Positions 41,673-52,771 of a stretch of DNA of 64,000 bases are shown in pieces. Source of the DNA: Naegleria gruberi (Eukaryota). A program made the position numbers and the translations under genes. Every line of letters starts with the position of its first letter. Within the stretch, counting starts at the first letter, position 1. Under the pieces are notes generated by a model. The model saw only the letters and a program-made list of their open reading frames with translations, was not told where the DNA came from and ran no database searches. The stretch is taken from NCBI GenBank assembly GCA_000004985.1, contig GG738874.1, one strand, 5' to 3'.

Positions 41673-44600
41673 ATGCAAAAGCAAGAGCCTTCGCCAACGA
41701 CGGCTCCAACAAACAACCACACCGGAAAGACTTATTCCAGCTCGATCGATGATTATCATGTTTTGGAATTAATTGGTGAAGGATCATTTGGAAAAGTCTT
41801 TAAGGGAAGAAGAAAATATACAAGTCAAATTGTCGCTATGAAATTTATCCCAAAGAAGGGAAAAAACGAGAAGGAGTTATACAACCTCAGACAAGAAATT
41901 AACATTTTAAAGAAGCTTAACCATGAAAATATAATTTTATTATTGGATTCGTTTGAAACTAAAGAGGAATTTTGCGTAGTGATGGAATTTGCTCAAGGAG
42001 AGTTATTTGAAATTCTTGAGGATGATGAACGTCTTCCGGAAGATGTTGTTGGCAAGATTGCTAAACAACTCGTAAGAGCTTTACACTATCTTCACTCTAA
42101 CAGAATTATCCACAGAGGTATGTAATAATATAATTGAAGATTATATCTTATCCCATCATCTCTGTACAACAATAGATATGAAACCACAAAATATTTTGAT
42201 AGGATCAGATGGTGCCATTAAATTGTGTGATTTTGGTTTTGCCAGAGTCATGTCTTGCAATACCATGGTTCTTACTTCTATCAAGGGTACACCTTTGTAT
42301 ATGGCTCCAGAATTGGTCCAAGAACAACCATACAACCACACAGCCGATCTGTGGTCACTTGGTGTTATTCTGTACGAGTTGGTTGTTGGTAAACCTCCAT
42401 TCTTTACTAACAACTTCTTTTCTCTTATTCAATTCATTGTGAAGGATCCTGTAAAATATCCACCTTATATCAGTCCTCCAATGAAGAGTTTCCTTAGAGG
42501 ATTATTGAATAAGGCACCAAAACAAAGATTGGACTGGCCAAAATTGCTTGAACATCCATTCGTTAGGGAAACAAAAGAAGAAAAGGAACAAAGAGAAAAA
42601 CTGTTATTGGATAATATTGGTAGAAAGAGACTTGAAATGTTCGAGAAAATTGTTGCCCTTAATCAAAAGCAAGATTCAAATACAAAGAAACCAAAGCAAC
42701 CATCCAAGACTCCTAGCCAAACAAGAGTGAAGAAAAAGGTTGAACCAAAGAGAGATAGTAAGTTTTTAAGATTTTTTTGGAATACTAATACTATTGATCA
42801 ACAGTACCTTTGTCTGAGATTGAAACAGCAATTGCAAAGGATGAAAATGGACCAAAGTCAGTAATGAAGAATGTGGAATATTTGGATAAATTGGCTAATC
42901 TTATTAAGGTTACTCAAACAGCTTACAAAACAAAATCAACAAAGACTGTCCAAACATCTCTTAAAATATTATCAAAAGCATTGGAAAAGTGTGAGGAAGA
43001 GGATTCTGATAACTTGGTGGATGCTGGAATTGTCAGTAGCTTATTGGTATTTTTGAAGGAATTTGCAGGAGCTAAATTTGACACCAAACCTATAGTACTC
43101 GATGCGTTAGTATCCTTACATTTTGCTCTTCCTTACGGAATTGAAGTTCTTAATTCCACTATAACTGACTACTTTTCAGTCATACCAAGTCTGATCGATT
43201 ACAGATATGACACCACACTTGCCGTTCAAATATATACAATGAAATGCTTGAAGGAATTGGGTCTGAAAGTAAGCTCGTCCCCACTTCAAACACAACCAGC
43301 TTTTGATTCTCTAAAAGATCCACTCATTTATGAATCATTGGCCTCATGTTTAGATTACAAAGTTATCAAGACTGAGAAGAAGTTTGTTACACATCTTTCC
43401 ACCACAAGTGCAAAGGCATTGGCTGAGTTAATGCACCCAACTGATGGAGATGTTTTCCAATTCCCTTGTGTCTTCCAATCAGAAAGTTCCTCATCTACAG
43501 AAAATATTGACTGCAACCAAGATATCAACATAAGAACAGCTATTGCTAAGGCTCTAGCCAAGCAAAATATAGTGAGCAGTCTGAGTGATCTTGTAAATTC
43601 ACCTGATTACAACAGTAGAATTGGAATTTTGAAGGTACTATTCCAGTCTTGTAGATTTTTGCCAGAGTTTGCTAGACAAGTAGCTCTCGATTCTCCTCTT
43701 GTTTCTTCAATAATGTCCTTAGTCAAGGATTCAACAGATATGAAGGTAATTTACGAAACTGAGCTCTCTTGTCTCTTGCTGGCAACTATCTTCAAAGAAA
43801 CACCAAAAATAATTCCTCAATTTGGTCGAGATATTGACACAGTCATTAATACCAGTGTATCTATCATCAATACTGCTCTAGATGAAAGATATAAATGCTT
43901 TGCAATTCTCCTTTTGGCCAGACTTTCTTCCAATCCAGACTCTAAGAAGAGAGTTATTAGCGAATTAATGACGCCTGTGGGAATGTCGAAATTGAACGAT
44001 GTTCTGACTAAGGATGTAAGTTAATATTTTTTTTATATTTTTCTTATTTTATTTCAGTTCTCAGTTTATCAATGGCACGAAATTAAAAGAGTGGAAGGTT
44101 CTGGATTTGGTTTCCCTGATATTGGTTTACTGGATGGTGTTGTGTACTTGTTTAATCAAGTGTCTGACATTTGGGCTTCATCATTCAATAATTTGCTTTC
44201 CAAGACTGGTGTTTGGAGATCTCTGACTGAAAGATTGAAATCAAGCGATATTGAAATGTCTCCAGATGCTGCCTTGGCAAGTATTAAATTAATGTATGAT
44301 ATTGCCTCGGCTAATCCTGACACCATTCCAACCCTTGTGGGTGATATGAGTATTGTTAGAACTGTTATTCAATGTTTGAAAAAGAATATTGTGACTGCAT
44401 TTTCACACTGGCCTGCTTCAAGAAGTGGTGGTTCATCCTTTGTAAACATCTTTATCAACTCCTCAGTGAGCCTTCTTCACTTGTTATATAATCAAGCCAC
44501 TCTTCAAGAAAAGGAAAATGAAAAATTGTTAGCTGAACTAATTAAGGTAACACACAAGGAAGAATTAGTCAAGTATTGTATTGGAAATTTGGAATTTACT

Positions 44601-45428
44601 ACAATGGAAAACTTTGGCTCATCCCTTAACTTCCTAGCTAGTATGGTTATTACATCACCTTTTTTCACCAAACAATTCATCAAGTTTGGTGGTCTTCAAC
44701 CAGAGTTTTTACAACAAATACTTAACACTTCGAATCCATCAACAGTTCTTATGGATGGACTTTCCATTCTCAGTCAAATTGCTAGAACCAGCAAGGATTA
44801 TTACAAGCAAATTCATCAAGCCAATATCTACACAAACATCAAAGATCTTCTTAAGCATAAGGAGAATGATGTCAGAGCGAAGGTTTGCAATTTGATAGGT
44901 AATATGTGCCGTCACTCTGCGTTCTTCTATGAAGCTTTGAATCAATATGGACTTATTCCAGATCTGATTCAAAGATGCAGAGATAATGATGCAAACACAA
45001 GAAAGTTTGCCTGCTTTGCTATTGGTAATGCTTGTTTCCACAATAATAACTTGTACAAAACCCTCACTCCTTCCATTCCTCCACTAATTGATTTACTGTC
45101 TGAGAATTCAGATGAAAAAACAAGAGCAAACGCTGCTGGTGCTCTGGGTAATCTGGTAAGAAATTCAAACGAGCTTGTAAAAGACTTGTTGAAGAATGGA
45201 GCCATAGAAGCCCTTGTTAAAACATTAAGCGATGATAATTCGAGTGCCAAGAAGATTGCTCTATTTTCTCTTGGCAACTTTTGTCAATATGAAGAGTGTT
45301 GTATTGTATTGAAACAGCTTAACTTTGAAAAGACCATTACAGAAATCATGGCTAAGAGCCAAGAAGATACTGGTGTTCAAAAATATTGTGCCAGAATCCA
45401 AACTAATCTCTCCAAAATAACTATTTAA
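41673..45428 (+). CDS. STK36: Fused/STK36-family Ser/Thr kinase with a C-terminal ARM/HEAT region; join(41673..42117,42176..42757,42805..44015,44058..45428)
   Basis: The kinase domain aligns almost residue for residue with Fused/STK36. The matching stretch runs [22 protein letters not shown]...[10 protein letters not shown]...[10 protein letters not shown]...[14 protein letters not shown]. The C-terminal ARM-like repeats ([34 protein letters not shown]) match the STK36 tail. Three introns of 58, 47 and 42 nt have GTATGT or GTAAGT donors and AG acceptors, and phases agree. The total is 3609 nt (1202 aa). Confidence 0.85.
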
Positions 45429-45512
45429 CGTGTTAATAAATAATCTTTACTCTTAGATATCTTTTACATTATTATACAAATAATAATTTTACATAGCTCT
45501 GTAACAACAAAA

Positions 45513-46837
45513 TTATTCTTCAATCTTGGCAACACGTGCAGTACCACGTCCAGCTCTCTTTGGCTTGGAGAATTTCAAAGAAGAGTCAGACTTTGGAGGG
45601 TGAATATACTTGACGAGGAATTCGTGAGTCAAATCTTCAACATCTGAAATTTCCAAACTAGCTTCAAGCTTCAAAACACCAGATGAGGTAGCAGTTTGAA
45701 CTACGTGACCCTTACTGGCACTGGCTAACATTCTTTGTTTGACCTTGGATTTAGTTGGGCAACTATAGATGAAAACAGTCTTTCCTGAATTTCCTTGATT
45801 TTCTTCATGTTCATATTGGAAGTGGAAGAAAATGTAACGTGGTTCAGAATCAGAAATATTTTCCTTCAATTCTTCAACACTAATAGCATTGTTTCCAGTA
45901 CGTTCGTTTGAAAGAACAATAATTTCCTTTTCAGTGTCAATCTTCAAAACAACCATCAATGATGTACCCTTTTCTAAATTAGAAAGAGCTCTCTTGGCAG
46001 ATTCTTCAAATGGGAAAGAAACACCACGTGAAGCTCCACCGCTACTACCGCTATCAGAAGATGATGATGATGTAGGTTGAGTGGTTGGAGACTTTGACTC
46101 GGCATCCTTTTCAATTTGGTCAAAAGCTTCCTTTTCTTCCATCAATTTTTGTCTTTCTTGTTCAGTGTATAATTCAATGTCATGAATGTGACGTTGTGAT
46201 TTGTGAACAAAGGAAAAGTTTTGATATTTCAAATCATCAACACAAACTGTGTGATAATCTCCAGCCCAAATATTAGCACCATAAAGTGAGTTGGAAAAAC
46301 CAATTTGTGCCTTTAATCCAGCCATAGATGAAGAGTACAACATCTTTTCACGAACCTTTGCTCTCTCTGGAACATACCAAATCAACAACCATTCATAATT
46401 TTGATTTTGATCTGAAACTGTTGTATCTAAACGGAAGAAGAAGTAACAAGGAGCCAAAGGTTTCTTTGCAACACTTTCAGACATGGCATTATAATCAGAG
46501 GAAATATCAGAGAGTGGATGGGTTTCAACAAGATCCATGATTGGAGGTTCATGATCCAAGAGAATACGTACTTTAATCCATCTGATTTTATCCTGTTCGG
46601 TAAAGGCAACACTTGATGAAGATGATGAAAGAACAGAATCAGAGGCTGATTTAGCACGTAAGAAGGCAGATAAAGCTTCGTTTGTAAGTTCAATTCCTAT
46701 TATTATAAATAATTATTCATTCAACAAAGATGATTAAATCATCACATTTTCATCATCAAATGACGGCAAGAGTTTAGAGTTTCAAAAGAAAGATTTTTTA
46801 AAAACTGAAAAAATTTCCACCTACCTGTCTTGGCCAT
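45513..46837 (-). CDS. Twinfilin (two ADF-H domains); join(46837..46825,46696..45513)
   Basis: Two ADF-homology domains are present (WLLIWYVPERAKVREKMLYSSSMAGLKAQIG and YIFFHFQYEHEENQGNSGKTVFIYSCPTKSKVKQRMLASASKG). The track ORF starts at TTG. A 13-nt first exon (ATG GCC AAG ACA G) is followed by a GTAGGT donor, a 128-nt intron and the acceptor aataatag. The joined N-terminus reads MAKTGIELTNEALSAF, resembling twinfilin MSHQTGIQASEDVKEIF. Confidence 0.75.
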
Positions 46838-46907
46838 TTTTTTGTTAGAAAAAATCACATTTCGCTCAGCCGAACGTTGTGAAATCGTCATCAACTTGAC
46901 TTTCAAT

Positions 46908-47330
46908 TTATTGTTGGACAGGTTGTTGGGTAAAGCTTTCAACAGAGCTCATAACATTAAGGCGATTAGAGTTTAAGTTTTCTTTAGCTAGTGGACTTTC
47001 GTGATGTTTCTCCTTCAATAAATAGGGTTGAGAAAGTCCTTTTCCTTTCACTTCAACCATTCTCTCTTCAAACTCAAATAAATCATAAACTCTGTAGGTA
47101 GATCTGGAAATTTGAATTCTTCCTGGATGACTTGCTTGAATGTAAACCACTCACACAGAAATAAGCATCTCCAATGGTCTTTATCTTGTCAACCAAGTGA
47201 ATTTCAGTCAACTTGTTAAATCCTTGAACAATTAAATTCAATATTTGAATTCAAAATTTGGACCAGTTCACTTGGTAATGTTGAACTCCGAGCTGTAAAT
47301 CCAACCATATCACTGAAAATACATTGTTTT
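46908..47330 (-). pseudogene. Decayed fragment of a class III adenylyl cyclase catalytic domain
   Basis: On the minus strand three frames successively match the C-terminal CYCc domain of the cyclase at 15.1-15.6 kb. The matches are DMVGFTARSSTLPSELVQILN (then stop), KIKTIGDAYFCVSGLHS, and GRIQISRSTYRVYDLFEFEERMVEVKGKGLSQPYLL. Compare DMVNFTRISSDMNPSELVLMLN, KIKTIGDAYFAVGGLHG and GRIQISRTTYERVYDLGFSFEERTINVKGKGETLAYLL. The fragment carries frameshifts and a deletion of about 100 codons. Confidence 0.75.
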
Positions 47331-47358
47331 TTAACCTTTCCTGTTTCATCCTTAAAAA

Positions 47359-47889
47359 TCACCTCCTCACAACTGCTCCACTTCTACATTGATATAATTT
47401 CAAAGATTGTACTATTTTTCCAAAATGTGAAAGAAATCTCTTTCTGATTTTTGCATCATGTTCCATTATTGCATAATTATCACCACCAGATGAAATATCA
47501 TAAATTCTCCTCTTCAAATAAGGTCCAATAATTTCGAATAATACAACCAAACTCTTTCTTGGATAGAAAATCATCAAGGTTTGATTCGGAGTGTGCACAA
47601 CCTTTGTAATTGGATCCACAAATTCCTTTCCTCTATTAAAGTACTTCCGCCTGTGACTTGCAATGTTTGACCTCTTGGTATTGAAATATCGGGATTGATT
47701 ATTGTCATCAATTTGTAAACTGGCAATATAATTGAACATGAGTTTTTGTTGAATAGTTTGATGACCACAACATGTTGCTATCAGACAAGGATCCTCTTTG
47801 AAAAGAGATGAGAAGTATGTCCACGGTAGATATTCAAAAATATGACCAATAATTTCCGAAGGGAGCACCTGATTCATTGTTGTGACCAT
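47359..47889 (-). CDS. F-box protein
   Basis: The N-terminal LPSEIIGHIFEYLPWTYFSSL fits the F-box consensus (LP.EIL..IF..L). The length is 176 aa. Confidence 0.55.
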   Translation of the reverse strand: MVTTMNQVLPSEIIGHIFEYLPWTYFSSLFKEDPCLIATCCGHQTIQQKLMFNYIASLQIDDNNQSRYFNTKRSNIASHRRKYFNRGKEFVDPITKVVHTPNQTLMIFYPRKSLVVLFEIIGPYLKRRIYDISSGGDNYAIMEHDAKIRKRFLSHFGKIVQSLKLYQCRSGAVVRR

Positions 47890-48261
47890 TTTTTTTTGAT
47901 GCCTTTACAATATCTTTGGACTTGATCAAATTATTTGGAAATAATAATCCTTTTCATCAACCCTTTCCCAAGATAAAAAAATATGCCAAACGCATCAGTC
48001 TTGATTTTTGTAATTTGGGATACGGATATTGAAATATTTTACGTAAATGTTTAAGTATTTTGTATATTCTAGCTTGATTTGGAACTAAGAAACAGCAATA
48101 AGGTGATTGTCAACCATGGGATGATCCAAATTGTTCAACAGAAGCAATTTGAAGAACCCATTTAGAATTAAGCCTAATGAAACGATAGCCTATAATACTC
48201 ATAAAGGTACTCCTGATTCTAATATAAAAATTAATTTATTATTTTTACTTTTCATGACAAC

Positions 48262-48333
48262 GGCCGTATAGCTCAGTGGTAGAGCTTCTCTCTCGTAAGG
48301 AGAAGGTCGTGGGTTCAAACCCCATTGCGGCCA
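48262..48333 (+). tRNA. tRNA-Thr (anticodon CGU)
   Basis: The acceptor GGCCGTA/TGCGGCC pairs. The D-arm is GCTCAGTGGTAGAGC. The anticodon loop CTCGTAA gives CGT. The T-arm is GTGGG-TTCAAAC-CCCAT. Total length is 72 nt. Confidence 0.85.
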
Positions 48334-48341
48334 AATTTGAA

Positions 48342-48512
48342 TTTTAATCTTTTGCTATTCCTCGCTTTGTTTTTTGATATTTTTACTTTATTTTTTCAAA
48401 TTCTCACATTTACAAGTTTATCTACATGTGGTTCAATTTTCCAATCTTTAATTCAAGAAATGATTGAGAATGAGCTGTTCTAAAGTGGGTACATGATTTT
48501 TCGCTTGAATTT
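48342..48512. repeat. Direct repeat copy 1 (tRNA-proximal) of the element flanking the HNH gene
   Basis: The blocks ttttaatcttttgctatt and aattttccaatctttaattcaagaaatgattgagaa..agctgttctaa.....gtacatgatttttcgcttgaattt recur at 50383..50495 in the same orientation. Copy 1 carries a 75-nt internal segment that copy 2 lacks. Confidence 0.8.
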
Positions 48513-48923
48513 CAGGTTAAAAATGAGAAACTACCACAATGCATACATTACAAAAAATGCACAAAACATCAACTGCACATCACACAATTGTGAATGTGTC
48601 GTCTTTGCAGAGTGGTTCTTCAGCCACTATTAGAGGATCTGCAACAACATCATCACCCAACACAATAACAATGTTGCAAACTACGAGTTGACATCTTCAA
48701 TAATATCATTTTTTATGATTGGAAATATCACTAATATCCTGGAAATGAAGTAATTTTATTGTTCAACCAGGTTAATTGGAAAACTAGTAGTACGTGGACA
48801 AGTCACTCGAGTTGCGTAGCCTTAATTTTTTCAAATCCAACAAATCAAAAAAATGGCAGTACCAGAGGGAAAACTCTACCACAATTTTACAACTACTTTG
48901 TCCCAAATCATCATCACAATTTA

Positions 48924-49847
48924 TTATTTTTCCATAGACAATACTCTTTGAAAACTCAACAAGTTCACCATTCTCTCCTTCATTCCTAAATCAATAACTT
49001 CCGATCTTGCATGCTTTTCCATGTGCTCAAAATAATGGCACCCATCGCAAAGCAATTCAAATTCCTTCAATTTTTCTACTTGTTCCTCTTCGGTCATTCC
49101 AAGAATTAACTTGTACTCATTAACATTATTGGCTATTTCCCTCTCTTCCTCATCGATATCTTCTGTTGCTTGAGCTCTCTTCTTCACACCATCCCTATTC
49201 TTGTGATGCACATGGAATATCTTTCCCAATTCTGAATTAGATTCAAAAGACAAGCCACATTCCTGACATTTTCCTCCCATCAGAGTGATCATCTTTTCAT
49301 GACAATATTGCCAATTAGAACCACCTTCAACATTCCTTGCATGTTCCAAACCATGACAAGGTCTGCACAATACTTCCAACTTTTCATTCTTCTTGAACCA
49401 ATCAGCTCCAAGCTTTCTGAATTCGGGAATGAATTTTGTTGTACTCTTAAATGTCTTTGTAAAGTCATCATCTTTATACATGACATGATGAAGAGTGAAT
49501 GCATTAACCTCATGTAAATGTTCCATTTCAATACGACATCTATTGCACTTGATTGACAAATCATCCCTCTCCAACACTTCTCTTAAAAAAGTATGAATGG
49601 CAGCTTGCTTTTTTCTGGAAATGTAAACAGCACATCTGGGACATGTTTCATCATCCTTCAATTTAACAGAACCAAAACAAAAATGGCAGTTGACACCTTC
49701 AGCTCTAATCTTGTTAATCCTGTCACTCATTTGAAGTATAGTCTTTTTGGAACATTCCTTGCACTTGTCCCTATTTGTCTTCGAAACAAGTTGGCCGCAT
49801 CCACACAACCCTTGGTCTCTACGAGTGCATTTTCGTGCTCTTTCCAA
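48924..49847 (-). CDS. Zinc-ribbon protein with two tandem HNH (His-Me finger) nuclease motifs
   Basis: An N-terminal CxC...CxxC ribbon (GLCGCGQLVSKTNRDKCKEC) is present. Two modules follow with the CxxC...HH...N...LCxxCH architecture. The first reads CNRC...TLHHVMYKD...KNEKLEVLCRPCHGLEH. The second reads CQEC...FHVHHKNRD...LLCDGCHYFEH. The ATG at 49847 opens a 307-aa ORF that could be expressed on its own. Confidence 0.6.
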   Translation of the reverse strand: MERARKCTRRDQGLCGCGQLVSKTNRDKCKECSKKTILQMSDRINKIRAEGVNCHFCFGSVKLKDDETCPRCAVYISRKKQAAIHTFLREVLERDDLSIKCNRCRIEMEHLHEVNAFTLHHVMYKDDDFTKTFKSTTKFIPEFRKLGADWFKKNEKLEVLCRPCHGLEHARNVEGGSNWQYCHEKMITLMGGKCQECGLSFESNSELGKIFHVHHKNRDGVKKRAQATEDIDEEEREIANNVNEYKLILGMTEEEQVEKLKEFELLCDGCHYFEHMEKHARSEVIDLGMKERMVNLLSFQRVLSMEK

Positions 49848-50372
49848 CTCGTTAGCTCTCTCACGTTGCTCATTGGATTGAGCAATGTGATTACTTAACT
49901 TCTTAACAAAATCTCTAAAGCCATTAGAGTATTGAAAAGTTCCATCATGAATAGCATTTTTGAATTTCTACCAAGTTTCTATTCTCTTTTCATTATTCTT
50001 GAATTTATCTGGGAAATGATCATACAATTCTTGGACATATGCAAGATAAGCCCTTGCCAATTTCGAACCATATTCATGAGAAATATTGGATGAAGGTCTT
50101 GGAGGACACTTGTTGAGTTTAACATTATCCAATATGGGAAGGAATTCTTCCAAGATTGAATTGTTGGGTTGATTTCTCTTCTTGGTTGGTGGAGTTGATT
50201 CAATGGTAGAATCCCTTCTCTTCTTACTATCATTACTTGATGAAGGCTTGTTGGAATTATTTGAAGATTGACCAGAGTTGCTAATAATAATACATGATGA
50301 TTGACTAGTTGATGATGATGAAGCCTTTCTGGTAGACTTTGGTTGAATTGATAACGTGGTTGATGATAACAC
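49848..50372 (-). pseudogene. In-frame 5' extension of the HNH gene, interrupted by a TAG and lacking any ATG
   Basis: The 134-codon ORF 49968..50372 (Ser/Asn-rich, ...KFKNNEKRIETW) ends in TAG at 49968-49970. It continues in the same frame through KFKNAIHDGTFQYSNGFRDFVKKLSNHIAQSNEQRERANELERARK into the HNH ORF, since 49967 minus 49847 equals 120. The extension begins right after a TAA and its first sense codon is GTG. It contains no Met codon. Confidence 0.55.
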
Positions 50373-50382
50373 TTGATTTCCT

Positions 50383-50495
50383 TTTTAATCTTTTGCTATT
50401 TTCTCCACCATTTCGCTAATTTTCCAATCTTTAATTCAAGAAATGATTGAGAACTAGCTGTTCTAATCTTGGTACATGATTTTTCGCTTGAATTT
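50383..50495. repeat. Direct repeat copy 2, immediately 5' of the HNH gene extension
   Basis: See the feature at 48342..48512. Confidence 0.8.
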
Positions 50496-50873
50496 TTGCC
50501 TTGAAAAACATCAGATTTTCATAATGTTGTAAATTTACCAATGCCTTGAAAAACATGTTTTCAGTCGTAATTGAGTAAACAATCAGGAGTTTGGCTAATT
50601 TTAAAAATGCATGTTGTTATTGTATTGTTATCACCATCAAGTTCTTTCACAATCTCCATTTTTGAGTGACAACACATTCATTTTGATAAGGATGTACGAT
50701 TTGTTCACATTTCACACAAACAAACCTTCTATTTATGACCAATTTGAAGAAGAAACTCTTTTCAACAAAAATTTTCACGTTAATGAATCTGATTATCAAT
50801 ACATTCATTGTATTTTTGAATTTCACTTGATTGAAATTTTTCAAGGCTTTGAAATTTCAATGGATAGTACGTT

Positions 50874-51165
50874 TCATAGTTCAGTAAAGATGAACAGCAC
50901 ATGTGTCGGCTGTACTGTCAAGGCTTGGGATGAGAGTATACTAATATCTGGAATCATCTTCTTCATCTTGTCACTCATTGGGATTGTATTCTTTTTGGAA
51001 CATTCTTTGCACTTGTCCCTATTTGTCTTCGAAACAGGTTGGCCGCATCCACACAACCCTTGTTCTCTACGAGTGCATTTTCTTGCTCTTTCCAATTCAT
51101 TAGCCCTCTCACGTTGCTCATTGGATTGAGCAATGTGATTACTCAAGTTCTTCACAAATTGATTT
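50874..51165 (-). pseudogene. Truncated second copy of the HNH gene 5' region
   Basis: About 190 nt (50960..51152) are roughly 90% identical to 49721..49910. They encode ...KNLSNHIAQSNEQRERANELERARKCTRREQGLCGCGQPVSKTNRDKCKECSKK, then diverge and terminate. Confidence 0.75.
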
Positions 51166-51325
51166 TAATAAACTAGTTCCCAATTTTATTCCAAACGTTT
51201 TTCTTGTCCATTAAGTTTCTTACTTCACTCTTTTTCAATCAATATGGAATTATTTACAAAATTCTTCAAAAGAGCAAACAAATCAGTCACCTTTCTTTAA
51301 ATACCTTTCAAAAACATTAAAAAAA

Positions 51326-52617
51326 ATGGAAGTAATCAAATGTGTCGTTCTCGGTGATGGTGCTGTTGGCAAGTCCAATCTCCTCATTTCCTACACTTGT
51401 GAAGGTATCTTTCCAGAAGATTACGTTCCCACCGTAATGGACAATTATTGCAAGACCGTACAAGTCTTCCTCCCAGAAGAAAAACCGCACACTCACCACC
51501 ATCACAACGATACATCGAGCGTGAACAGTTTGAACTCGTCGTCATCGGTTGGCGCCAACCATCAACAACAACAACAACATACAACCAACAATAATATTAA
51601 TAATACTAATAATAATAATAATAGTAATAATAATAGTGGTGGTAGTAGTAGTAATGAACAGAGTAATTCACCAGCTTTGAATCAGTCAGCCTCATCCACT
51701 TCGGAAAAAAAGTTGACCATTGTATCATCACATGCTTTGAATAATTCAAACATTTCAACTGGAGGAGGAGAAGAAAATCAAGTTTTAGAAACAGAGGAAG
51801 ATCATACCTTGCTAACACCAACTTATATTTCTCTACAATTGTGTGATACATCGGGTCAAGAAGGTTTGTTTTTATTGAATTTCATTGAACTTATTCCAAT
51901 ATTTTTTATTGTTTAAACCTTTCGAATAATTTCATTCACTTTCGAATAATAGAATATGATCGATTACGTTCTGATCTATCTGATTATGCTTCTGCTGATG
52001 TATTTTTGTTTTGTTTTTCATTGGATAATCCTCAGTCATTGGAAAATCTTCATTCCAAGTGGTATGATGAAGTGGTCAATTATTTCCAAACTCACAAACA
52101 CCAAGGAGGAGGTGTCTTATCACTTTTTGGAGCTATATATTCATACTTTGGTTTTGGAGGTGTGACTTCTAGTACCAACACTGATGAAACCAGCAAGGAA
52201 GGTCACAACATTACAGACAACTTGCCACCAATCATTTTGGTTGGTACCAAATTGGATAAATTAAAAACAACAACTGTGGAAATAACCGAATCAGCAACAG
52301 GTCAAATATTGGAAAAACCAATTTCTACCGATACAAGAAGGAGAAATAATTCCATCTATCACATGTTTGGAAATGTGACCAAGATAAATGAAGCTCCACA
52401 ATTATTGAAAATTAGAGAACAAGCTCTCCAAGTCAAGAAGGATATGAAGGCAGTTGCCTATGTGGAGGTTAGTTCAAAAACAATGGAAAATATCAATGAA
52501 ATGTTCGAGGATATTGTCGTTCCAGTTGTTTTGAAGAGAAGAAAAGAAATGGAAAAGAAGAGAAAGGGTACTATATCACCAGGTTCTACAACTGCATCTT
52601 CATCATCCAATCAGTAG
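51326..52617 (+). CDS. Atypical Rho-family small GTPase with large low-complexity insertions and no CAAX box; join(51326..51863,51953..52617)
   Basis: Exon 1 carries [38 protein letters not shown] poly-His/poly-Asn insertion of about 110 aa follows before [17 protein letters not shown] donor, an 89-nt intron and a TAG acceptor give ...[45 protein letters not shown] second insertion precedes [10 protein letters not shown]. The C-terminus ends ...SSSSNQ with no prenylation motif. The total is 1203 nt (400 aa). Confidence 0.7.
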
Positions 52618-52771
52618 TTATTTTTCCCATCTAGAAATCCTATATACTTGAACCTGTAAAGATCTTGTACTCTCTAATTGAAAGGGTTGGAGAAGAAACA
52701 TTCTCTTCAGAGAGAAGATAACATTGTAAATAGTAAAATAATATTAATAATTTCAAATTTTAATTAAAAAA

